A DNA stretch of 32,894 nt from a virus (lineage: Duplodnaviria; Caudoviricetes). Position numbers and translations under genes: made by a program. Below are positions 17,585-25,427 of this stretch, in pieces. The DNA is taken from the IMG/VR virus record IMGVR_UViG_3300014655_000241, positions 1 to 32,894 of that record; one strand, written 5' to 3'. Under the pieces are notes generated by a model. It saw only the letters and a list, made by a program, of their open reading frames with translations, searched no databases and was not told the origin of the DNA. Position 1 is the stretch's first letter. Each line of letters opens with the position of its first letter.

Positions 17585-17832
17585 CAGAGCACGCTCTTTT
17601 TCCGGTGAACCACCTTCCGCGCCGTGTCGTCCATCGCCTTGACTGCGATCTTCTCGGCCTTCGCGGCTTTTGCCCTGCACCAGGTCGTCAGCGGCTCTTT
17701 CCAGCCCCAGCGGTAGACCAGGTGTCTCCACCAGGGTGCACGGTTGAGGATGTCCTGACGGGCCTCCTCGATGGTCTGGTGGACAATGGGCCGGATCGCT
17801 CGCCGCGCCCGCTTGAAGCTTCGCCCGCTCAT
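17584..17832 (-). CDS. Hypothetical basic protein (82 aa)
   Basis: ATGA overlap with terS; SD GGAGG. Confidence 0.6.
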   Translation of the reverse strand: MSGRSFKRARRAIRPIVHQTIEEARQDILNRAPWWRHLVYRWGWKEPLTTWCRAKAAKAEKIAVKAMDDTARKVVHRKKSVL

Positions 17833-18371
17833 GCCTTTCCTCCCAGCTTGCTTTGCAGATACGCGATTCTCTCCCGCCTGGCTTCAGCATCCAGCGCCTC
17901 GGCTGGCGACTGCGGCGGCGGGTTGTCGGTTTGGGTGCCGAGGTACTTCCCGAGCATCGCCAGGGCGCTCGCCTTCGAGTGCAGCCGGATCTTCCGGTTG
18001 ACAATCACCTCGCCGGTCTTGGGCTTCGTGACAGTGCTCTCGACGGTCTCGATGGCCCGCGCCGCATCGTCGGTCAGCTCGCTGTCGGCCTTGAACGCAA
18101 CCCCGTGCTCGTCGAAGGTCGCGACCTGGCGGATGTCGCTGAAGGCCAGGCGGCAGACCTCGTCCAGCCACTTCACGCTCAGCCGGTCGATGTTGCGGAG
18201 CTTGGCGCGGACAGCCTTCTCGACGGCGGCAGCGATGTAGGGTTTGGTCAGGTTCTCGTGGGCTGTGCTCCTGGCGGTCTTAGCCGAGTATCCAGCCTTG
18301 ATTGCGGCCTGCTCGCCGTTGAATCCGTTCGCGATGTAGTGCTCTACGAAAAGCGTTTGCTTCGGTGTCAC
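17829..18371 (-). CDS. terS: Terminase small subunit (Terminase_2 type)
   Basis: TPKQTLFVEHY...NGEQAAIKAGYSAKTA...ENLTKPYI; LAFSDI; KASALAMLGKYLG; SD GGAGGGG. Confidence 0.95.
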   Translation of the reverse strand: MTPKQTLFVEHYIANGFNGEQAAIKAGYSAKTARSTAHENLTKPYIAAAVEKAVRAKLRNIDRLSVKWLDEVCRLAFSDIRQVATFDEHGVAFKADSELTDDAARAIETVESTVTKPKTGEVIVNRKIRLHSKASALAMLGKYLGTQTDNPPPQSPAEALDAEARRERIAYLQSKLGGKA

Positions 18372-18412
18372 GTTCCCCTCCTGGTGTTCAGATTAGAATC
18401 CTGTCATGTCCC

Positions 18413-19381
18413 CTAGCCCACTCCGGCGCGCTTCGCCGCCTGGGCCTCGCGGATGAAATCCTTGGCGCTGGCTTCGATGACCACGGTGCCGTCTGGCGCG
18501 CGGCCCGAGTTCAGCGGCCTGTAGGCTTCCGGGCGCTGGGTATGGCCCTCGGCCTTCGGAGTACCGGCGATCCAGGCATCGGCGCTTCCCGCTCGGTCCC
18601 AGAAGTATTTCATTCCCGCCCAGTCGTTTTTGAACCCGTAGCCTTTGGCCTGCTTCGCCAGTGCAAACCTGTCGAGGTGCGCTTGAGCCTGGCTGCCGGT
18701 TGCCTGGAATAGCTCGAGCAGATCCTTCCGGGTGAACCTCACGCCCTCCGGTACGTTGAGCGTCGGGATGGGGTCGAAGTCGTCGGCAGGCGATGAGACA
18801 GGCGCTTTCGGGGGTTCCAAGTTTTCCACAGGTTTTTCAGCGTCCGATTTTTCGGACGGTGCAAATTCTTCTAACTCAGCTTCAGGAGAAGAGCTTCTAC
18901 TCTTGTCTTCTCTTCTCTCCTCTTGTATGTGGTGTTTTGGCGCGCCGTTTTCACGATCCTCCGCGCCGTTTTCCAATTCCTCCGAGGAACTACCATGGAA
19001 GTCTGGAAAACTGTCCGTCACAGGCGCGCGGTCCTTCCTCTTGCGGTTGCGTTCAGCCATGACGCGGGCGTGATCTTCCTGTGTCTTTTCAGTGGTCACA
19101 ATTCCGTCAACGTAGTGGATCAGGCCGCACTCTTCAGGGTCGGCAAGGAAGGTCAGGAACTCGTCCAGCTGAGCGGTTGTGAGGCCTAGGTCGTTGGCCA
19201 GGGACGAGCGCTGGACCTTCGCCGAGAGGTCGAGGCGCACGTTGTTGCAGCGGGCAATGGCTTCGTTCAGAGCCCAGAAACGGCCGTACCCTTCCCACCC
19301 GTACTGAGCGCGGAGCGCCTTCATCCTGGCGTTGTTCACGGCGTTGTTTTCGTGGCTGAAAAAAGGAAGATCATCTTTCAC
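18413..19381 (-). CDS. Phage replication initiator, DUF4373 (Lin1244/Lin1753-like) N-terminal domain
   Basis: FFSHENNAVNNARMKALRAQYGWEGYGRFWALNEAI; central low-complexity linker with DNA repeats; SD GGAGAG before GTG. Confidence 0.8.
   Translation of the reverse strand: MKDDLPFFSHENNAVNNARMKALRAQYGWEGYGRFWALNEAIARCNNVRLDLSAKVQRSSLANDLGLTTAQLDEFLTFLADPEECGLIHYVDGIVTTEKTQEDHARVMAERNRKRKDRAPVTDSFPDFHGSSSEELENGAEDRENGAPKHHIQEERREDKSRSSSPEAELEEFAPSEKSDAEKPVENLEPPKAPVSSPADDFDPIPTLNVPEGVRFTRKDLLELFQATGSQAQAHLDRFALAKQAKGYGFKNDWAGMKYFWDRAGSADAWIAGTPKAEGHTQRPEAYRPLNSGRAPDGTVVIEASAKDFIREAQAAKRAGVG
18822..18973. repeat. Putative replication origin inside the initiator gene (iterons, hairpin, DnaA-box-like site)
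   Basis: CGCGCCGTTTTC at 18941-18952 and 18962-18973; CGTCCGA/TCGGACG hairpin at 18841-18858; TTTTCCACA at 18822-18830; polypyrimidine tract at about 18894-18924. Confidence 0.6.
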
Positions 19382-19403
19382 CGTGCTCTCCTGCTGCAGT
19401 CAA

Positions 19404-19500
19404 TGGAAGCGCCCGGCGTTGACCCGGCAGACGGACAAAGAAGGCTGCGCCTTGCCGTCGTTCACTCTAGTAGCCGCCTTGCCCTTGCGGCCTCGCTTCC
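19404..19500 (-). ncRNA. tRNA-like structured element (degenerate tRNA or tRNA mimic)
   Basis: 7-bp terminal stem GGAAGCG/CGCTTCC plus A; D-like arm GCCGC-AAGGGCAAG-GCGGC; T-like arm CCGG-GTCAACG-CCGG; no canonical anticodon arm. Confidence 0.45.
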
Positions 19501-19578
19501 CCGGTTCCTCATCACCGGCGTAGTTCCCATTGCGTCTCGGTCGACGCCCCGCGCTGGCCGTGGCCGCGCTCCCAGTTC

Positions 19579-19920
19579 TCAAGCGTTCGGAGGCGGCGGA
19601 ATTTCGCCCTGCTTGACGACCACGGGCTCCCACACATTCTTCATGCCGATGTTCCAGCCAGCTTCGTGCAGGTTCTCACCCGGGAAGATGCTCGCAACGA
19701 AGTTCCACAGCTCAAGCCGGGCCCGGTTGTTGGTCGCCGTCTGGCTGCCCTCGTTGGCCTTGTCCAGGAGCGTCCACAGCTTCTTGACGTGCTTCGGGGG
19801 AACCTTCAGCTCCTTCAAGACCGGCGGCTGTGCGGCCTGGAGCTGGGCTTGCAGCTCGGGCGGCAGTTTCAGACTCCTGGCGCGGTCGACCCTCGCGGCC
19901 ACACCCTCTTTCTCGTTCAA
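19579..19920 (-). CDS. Hypothetical protein (113 aa)
   Basis: TTG start with strong SD AAGGAAGGAGAG; phage-like codon usage. Confidence 0.7.
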   Translation of the reverse strand: MNEKEGVAARVDRARSLKLPPELQAQLQAAQPPVLKELKVPPKHVKKLWTLLDKANEGSQTATNNRARLELWNFVASIFPGENLHEAGWNIGMKNVWEPVVVKQGEIPPPPNA

Positions 19921-20073
19921 TCTCTCCTTCCTTTCCCCGGGAACCGCCCGGGGTCCATGCTTGCTTTTCAGGCCACAGAAACGAGCGTCAGACCCTTTTC
20001 AGCGGCAACCTTCCGGGGGGGGTAGCAGTCTCCAAGATCGTCTCCTTTTTGCCGGGATCGTTGCCCGGCACGT

Positions 20074-20298
20074 TTACCATCCTTGTCCGATCATCCGTTC
20101 ATCGATCACGAGGATCAGCGCGGGCCCGGTGCCCTTGAAAACGTCGCCAGCACCGTCGCGGATGGCATACCGCCCCCGCGTCGTGATCCTCACCTTGCGT
20201 ACGGCCAGCGAAGCAGAGACCCGGGAAATCAGGTCAGCGACCGATTCAGGGGCTTGTGCGGCCTTTCTCATGAAGCGTTCCTTTCCTCCCAGTTTCAC
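20074..20298 (-). CDS. Hypothetical protein (up to 74 aa; start may be the internal ATG)
   Basis: Follows the SbcDC stop; GGAGGAAAGG precedes the internal ATG. Confidence 0.55.
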   Translation of the reverse strand: MKLGGKERFMRKAAQAPESVADLISRVSASLAVRKVRITTRGRYAIRDGAGDVFKGTGPALILVIDERMIGQGW

Positions 20299-20310
20299 GT
20301 CTTCGGGGCC

Positions 20311-23300
20311 CTACGCCGCGGCTTCCTTGTCGGGCCGTCCCTTGAGCTTGGTCACCTCCACGCGGTTGGGAATCAGCTCCTGCAGGTCAGAGCTGTGCGT
20401 GATGATGATCGTGTGGGAGCGGCCCGACTGTTCGTGAGCGGCGACAAGCATCCGGTAGTACGTCAGGCGCGCTTCGGGGTCGAGCGCTCCGTCGGCCTCG
20501 TCCTGGAACGCGGTCAGGAACTGCAGCCCCGTCGAGCGGGCCCGAATGACTCCGAAGGCGTCGTAGAGCGCGCGCCGGATCCACACGGCCTCACCGCCCG
20601 ACAGCGTGCTGATCTCCTGGCGCTCGCCGGTCTCGGAGTCAAGCACGTAGATCAGGAAATCCTCGATCAGCTTCTGAGTCTTCCCGGTGCCCGACAGGCG
20701 CTGGGTATCGAACTCCAGCTGGTAGCGCGACCCGAAGGCCCCGCGAAGCAAGGCGTTGGCGATGGCTCCGATGGAGGGCGCGACGGCGTCGAGCTCAAGG
20801 GCCTGGATGCCCTTGTCGGAGCATGCGAGCTCCAGAGTCTTCCATTCGGCAACCTCGGCTTGGAGACCCGCTAGAGCCGTTTTGAGCGCGTCCACGGCCT
20901 GGCGGTCCTTGGACAGCTCTTCGAGGCGGCGCTGGGCCTGCTCAAGCGCGGCCGCGGCCCTGGCCTCACGTCCCTGGGCGTCGCGGTACGCTGTTCGGGT
21001 TGCTTCGAGAGAGCGCTGAGCTTCGGCCAGTTCGGCGTCGAGCTCGGGCCTCAGTTCCGCCCGGAGCTCCGCCTCGCGCTTGCGCTCGCGTTCCGCCGTG
21101 GCCTGGAGGTCGGCCAGCTGCTTGGTCAGCTCCTCGATTCTCACCTGCGCCTGATCGGCCGCGGTGATCGTCGCCCGGGCCCCGTCGACGTCGATGAAGT
21201 CGAGAGCCGACTGGAGAGCGGTGCGGCGGGAGACGTCGAAGGCGGGGACCTGGCTGGGCGGAGGGACGAAGGCGGCGAGCGTCGGGGCCTTCGGGGCCTG
21301 GGCCTCGAGGTCGTTCCTTGCGAGCGTCTTCAGTCTCGCAGCTTCCCCGCGTTTTTCTTGGGAATCCAGGACTCTGGACACGTCTTGCTTTGCCTCGGCC
21401 AGCTTGTCAACGAGTACCTTCCGCGCCTCCTGCACGTGAGACAAGGCTTCTTGCGGGAGCATTTGGCGGCAGGTCGGGCAGTGATCGGCCACAGGAACGG
21501 CAAGTTCAGACGTCAGCCGCTCAACTTCCTTTCGGCAGGCGAAAAGTTCGTGGATGCCGTTGGAAAGGGTGGCCTGGGCTTCGTTCTCAGCGTTCCGCGC
21601 CTCCCGCACCTTCGTCTCATGCTGGGCCCGTACCGTTTCGAAGTCGGCCAGGATCTTGCGGTTTCCCGCGTCGTGCGTCTCGCGCAGTCCATCGACAACC
21701 TTCCGCTCATCGGCGACGGCCTCGAGGTGCTTCCTGTAGGCCGCGTCCTCGGCCGCCAGGGCTTGGGTCTTCTCGGTGTGCTCCTGGATGGTCGCTTCGG
21801 CCTGGGCCTTGCGTCCGAGCGCTTCCTCGGCCCTGGTGATGCCTTCGCGGGCCAGCTGGATCCTCGCTCCGGCGTTGGCCGCCGCTACGTGCGCGTCCTC
21901 AGCCTGCTGGGCCTTCTGCCGGTTCGCAGTCGCCTGAGCTCCGAGGGCGTCGGCCTTCGCGGAGTGATGCTTTCCAACCTCGGCCAGCACCTGAAGGTCT
22001 TCCTTCGCCGTCGCCAACTCCCCGCTCGCGGCTCCGAGGGCCTGGCCGAGTTCGTACTCGTTCGGCAGCCTCGCCTCGAGGGTGGAGATCTCCGTCGCCT
22101 TGATCGCGGCCCGGGCGTCAACCTGGTCGCCGCGTTCCTTGGCCAGCTTCTTGTACACCTCGAAGTACTCCAGCCCGCAAAGGGCGGAAAACAGCACCTT
22201 GCGTTCCCGCGGCGTCGCGTCGGCGATGTCGGGAATCCCCTTCGGCTGGCGCTGGGTCACGAAGGCGCTCTTGAGGTACAGATCGAGACTCCCGAAGATC
22301 TTGTTGACGGCCTCGACGTAGCCCTCCTTCCGCCCTTCGATGCCCGGGAGGGGCTGGGGCCCGTTGCCCTTGTCGACGTACAGGAAGTACTCGGTGGTGC
22401 CCGAGGCAATGGCCGCGTTGACGGTGATCAAGGCGCGGTACTTCCATCCGGTGGACTCGTCGGTCCAGTAGAGGTCGCGGAAGCTGTCGCGCAGCCGGAA
22501 GTGATCCTTGAGGACGCCATCCCGGGTGAGCAGGCTCGGCCACGGGTGCATGTTTTCGAGGATCGTAGTTTTCCCCGCACCATTGTTGCCGATCAGCGCG
22601 ACGAGGCCCGGGTCGATGGTCTCGAGGTTGAGGTCGATCTCCTCGAGGCCGGACTTTTTCCAAAGGCCGATAGCACCGCGCAAGATGAGCCGGGTCAAAC
22701 GGATCTTGTCGCCGCGGCCCACGGCGCCGGAAGCGGCGGCTTCGGCTTCGACCTGGTCAGCCTTCTCGAGGACAGTCGCGGCTAGTTCCTTGCTGGAGTT
22801 CTCGGCCCACAGAGTCACCTTGTCGCGGAGCTTCGTCTTGCTGGCGATCTCACCGGCGCGGACGGTCTCGGTGGGGAGCACGTTAAGAGTCACGCGGGAG
22901 CCGGGGCCCACGCCGTCCATGAAAAGCTTGAGCACCATCTTTTCGACGTCGACCGAAGCCGACTCTTCCTTGGTGCAGGTAATCTCAAGCCAGGTGTTGG
23001 CGCCGGGGGTGATCTGGCTGGAGGCGTACAGGGACGGCCAGCGCGCCGAAATCTTGCGGTTGACCGGATGGCCGAAGGGGACGCGGGTGACGTAGTGGCA
23101 CCAGACCTTGTCCGGGTGCGGCATGGACAGCTCCACCAGGTTGCACCCGGCTTCGTGCGTCTCCCCGAAGTTGATGGGGTACGCGGAGCCGGGATAGTAC
23201 GCCGGGAGCTTCCCGACCTGCTGAGGCTCGTGAATGTCTCCCAGGGCGATGTAGTCGGCTCCTACGGCCGCGAGGTCGTCGATGCTGGGCCGGATACCCG

Positions 23301-23922
23301 CGCCGTTGTCCAGCAGCTCGCCGTTCTGAAGACGAGCGCCCCCGACCTGGCCGTGGTAGACCAGGATGCACGGCAGCGCCGGATACTGCTTGCGGATCGC
23401 GCCCAGCCCCATAAAGAGGCCCTGGAGCCCGGCCCGCACGGCCTGCTCGGTCTCGCTCTTCCCGTCGAAGTAGGGAGCCAAGAACTTCTTGGAAGGCTCG
23501 GGGACGCCGAAGAGGAGGGCCAGGGCGTCGGGCCTATGTTCTTCCCGGACGTCGTTGAAGGCGCTCCCTTCAGAGGCGTAGTGCTTCGTCAGGAAATACG
23601 CCTTCCCCGGCTCCAGGATCGTGATGCCGAAGCGGCTTTCCAGCGTCGGGAACACGTCGAGCGAGCCCGCGGCGTCGTGCGTCGGGGTACCGTAGATCAT
23701 CACCAGGGGGGCGATGTCGGCCAGGCGGCGCACCTTCTCGAGGTACTCGGGGAAGCGGCTGCCCTCGGTATTGCGGATGATGCAGTCGGTCAGGTCGCCC
23801 GCCAGGATGAACAGGTCAACCGACTCGCGGCGGCCAGTCTCGGCCATGACGTCGAGGGACTGGAAAGCCAGGTCCGCAGTCTCGGGCTTGAAGTGCAGGT
23901 CAGCGGAGTGGAGGAGTTTCAA
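20311..23922 (-). CDS. Single-chain SbcD-SbcC (Mre11-Rad50) nuclease/SMC-ATPase fusion, 1203 aa
   Basis: Phosphoesterase motifs SADLH, AGDL, GTPTHD, YHG and LGDIH; Walker A GNNGAGKTT, Q-loop FVTQ, coiled coils, zinc hook CPTC, signature LSGGE, Walker B/D-loop FQDEADGALD, H-switch IITHS. Confidence 0.93.
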   Translation of the reverse strand: MKLLHSADLHFKPETADLAFQSLDVMAETGRRESVDLFILAGDLTDCIIRNTEGSRFPEYLEKVRRLADIAPLVMIYGTPTHDAAGSLDVFPTLESRFGITILEPGKAYFLTKHYASEGSAFNDVREEHRPDALALLFGVPEPSKKFLAPYFDGKSETEQAVRAGLQGLFMGLGAIRKQYPALPCILVYHGQVGGARLQNGELLDNGAGIRPSIDDLAAVGADYIALGDIHEPQQVGKLPAYYPGSAYPINFGETHEAGCNLVELSMPHPDKVWCHYVTRVPFGHPVNRKISARWPSLYASSQITPGANTWLEITCTKEESASVDVEKMVLKLFMDGVGPGSRVTLNVLPTETVRAGEIASKTKLRDKVTLWAENSSKELAATVLEKADQVEAEAAASGAVGRGDKIRLTRLILRGAIGLWKKSGLEEIDLNLETIDPGLVALIGNNGAGKTTILENMHPWPSLLTRDGVLKDHFRLRDSFRDLYWTDESTGWKYRALITVNAAIASGTTEYFLYVDKGNGPQPLPGIEGRKEGYVEAVNKIFGSLDLYLKSAFVTQRQPKGIPDIADATPRERKVLFSALCGLEYFEVYKKLAKERGDQVDARAAIKATEISTLEARLPNEYELGQALGAASGELATAKEDLQVLAEVGKHHSAKADALGAQATANRQKAQQAEDAHVAAANAGARIQLAREGITRAEEALGRKAQAEATIQEHTEKTQALAAEDAAYRKHLEAVADERKVVDGLRETHDAGNRKILADFETVRAQHETKVREARNAENEAQATLSNGIHELFACRKEVERLTSELAVPVADHCPTCRQMLPQEALSHVQEARKVLVDKLAEAKQDVSRVLDSQEKRGEAARLKTLARNDLEAQAPKAPTLAAFVPPPSQVPAFDVSRRTALQSALDFIDVDGARATITAADQAQVRIEELTKQLADLQATAERERKREAELRAELRPELDAELAEAQRSLEATRTAYRDAQGREARAAAALEQAQRRLEELSKDRQAVDALKTALAGLQAEVAEWKTLELACSDKGIQALELDAVAPSIGAIANALLRGAFGSRYQLEFDTQRLSGTGKTQKLIEDFLIYVLDSETGERQEISTLSGGEAVWIRRALYDAFGVIRARSTGLQFLTAFQDEADGALDPEARLTYYRMLVAAHEQSGRSHTIIITHSSDLQELIPNRVEVTKLKGRPDKEAAA

Positions 23923-24851
23923 GATTCCACCCCCTGGAGAACCTTCAGGTTCACAAGCACGTCGCGAGCCTTCGCCAGCAAGGTCGTGATCTCGTCGAGG
24001 GTGAAGCTGTCGGGAGTCCGAACCATGTTCTGCATCTTCAGGACTGCCGGCGACGTGGGGCCCAGGTTCTTGGAGTACTTCTCAAGGTAGTCCTGCATGG
24101 TCGAAAGGTAGACGAGCTTCGGGTCGGGCTCGCTGTCGGTCGCGTTGCCCTGAGGTGCGAACTCGTCAGCGCCCTCAGGCGTCACGTCCCTTTCAGCCGG
24201 CGCGCCGATCTGCTGGGCGCCGGGCCTGGGCCCGTACAGGCGCTCAGTGATGCCCAGGGCGTTGGCCACGGCCATCTGGCGCCCTTCCGCAGTCTCGAGG
24301 ATGTAGTCGGTGTTCTGGACGATCCGGGCGAAGAGCATGGGCCTGTTGGCCTCCTCGGGCGTCAGAGCAGTGGGCATGCCGGTCAGCTGGCGCACCACGC
24401 GCACCCGGGCGCCGGTAGCGGCCCGCTGCCGGGCAACCTTCAGGTACGCGAGCACCTTCTTTTCATCGCCGCCCTCGGCCTTCGCGCGCAGCAGTGGGTC
24501 GAACTCGTACTCTTCCACGGTCGACGTGCGCCAGGATCCGTCCGAGATCCGGACTTTGCCCTGAGCGCGGCCGATGAACACCGTGCGCTTCCCGAACTGG
24601 TCGTCCCGGGCCTCGGCGGTCACGGTGCAGTTGCTGTCGATGTAGTTGATTCCGGCGGCGTCGCCGATCCGGTCTACAACGGCCTTCGCGGGCATGAGCT
24701 TGCCGCCGTCGATCTTGTGGAATTCATCGGGCCTGGCGGCGATCTCGGTCACTTCCGGCTTGAACAGCGGGGGTGTGTCGAGGTTGGGCGCGGTGTAGAT
24801 GGCCACGCCGCGGGTGCGGGCCTTGTCGATGATGGCCAGTGCGTTATTCAT
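23919..24851 (-). CDS. Hypothetical protein, candidate single-strand annealing protein (Rad52/Sak/ERF-like)
   Basis: Coupled to the SbcDC fusion (TTGA overlap); beta-meander then QRAATGARVRVVRQLTG helix, flexible linker and small helical C-terminal domain. Confidence 0.45.
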   Translation of the reverse strand: MNNALAIIDKARTRGVAIYTAPNLDTPPLFKPEVTEIAARPDEFHKIDGGKLMPAKAVVDRIGDAAGINYIDSNCTVTAEARDDQFGKRTVFIGRAQGKVRISDGSWRTSTVEEYEFDPLLRAKAEGGDEKKVLAYLKVARQRAATGARVRVVRQLTGMPTALTPEEANRPMLFARIVQNTDYILETAEGRQMAVANALGITERLYGPRPGAQQIGAPAERDVTPEGADEFAPQGNATDSEPDPKLVYLSTMQDYLEKYSKNLGPTSPAVLKMQNMVRTPDSFTLDEITTLLAKARDVLVNLKVLQGVES

Positions 24852-25122
24852 GCTTCGCTCCTTTGAAAATCCGAGTCACGTCCTCGGTGCTCATCCACGG
24901 CAGTTCGATCTTGTTCTTCAGGGCCCAGTCGGTGAGGTCCATGCCGTCCTCCGTCACGATGCCGAAACGCTCGGCGTGGCGGATCGCGGTCGGCTCCCCG
25001 TACTGGACGCGGCCCATGAACCGGAACGCGTCGAAGCCTGTCATGTGGATCACGCCGCGCGCGTCCCTTGACAGGTCGGGCAGAGCGTTGGTAGTCTCTT
25101 GGTTGACGATCAAAGCGGTCAT
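24844..25122 (-). CDS. Hypothetical protein (92 aa)
   Basis: ATGA overlap with the upstream gene; SD AAGGAG. Confidence 0.7.
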   Translation of the reverse strand: MTALIVNQETTNALPDLSRDARGVIHMTGFDAFRFMGRVQYGEPTAIRHAERFGIVTEDGMDLTDWALKNKIELPWMSTEDVTRIFKGAKHE

Positions 25123-25427
25123 GCTCTTTCGTCTCCTTCTTCAAACAAGCTCCCCGGCAAGGGAGCTTTTTTTGTGTCCGGCAACGCCGGGGTTTGCAGC
25201 AGTTCGGTTGCGATGACGGACAGGTCCCCGATGAGCTCCATGCTCTCGAGGTAGGCCATCCGCGATTCGAAGCCCGCGTTGTACGCGACCTTCTCCAGGT
25301 TCATGTCGTGAAGCTGATCCCACTTGTTCCACAACAGCTTCCAGACCCACGATTGAGCGATGCCCTTGAAAGCGGCGTAGGCGCTCACCTGTTCGCGGAT
25401 CTGATCGCTGAGGATGAGGGGAGGCAT
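25119..25427 (-). CDS. Hypothetical helical protein (102 aa), antirepressor-associated
   Basis: TAATG overlap with the antirepressor gene; globular composition. Confidence 0.65.
   Translation of the reverse strand: MPPLILSDQIREQVSAYAAFKGIAQSWVWKLLWNKWDQLHDMNLEKVAYNAGFESRMAYLESMELIGDLSVIATELLQTPALPDTKKAPLPGSLFEEGDERA
25147..25173. terminator. Probable bidirectional intrinsic terminator
   Basis: AAGCTCCC-CGGCAA-GGGAGCTT stem; T7 run (25167-25173) on the plus strand, TTGTTT on the minus strand. Confidence 0.65.

Noticed and set aside
19501-19520. Hammerhead ribozyme suggested by GTGATGAG
   Set aside because: The core should be CUGANGA with a downstream GAAA and matching stems, which are not present
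19400-19582. Protein-coding ORF with a TTG start overlapping the upstream stop
   Set aside because: Low-complexity Arg/Gly translation; the RNA structure explains the region better, though coding is not excluded
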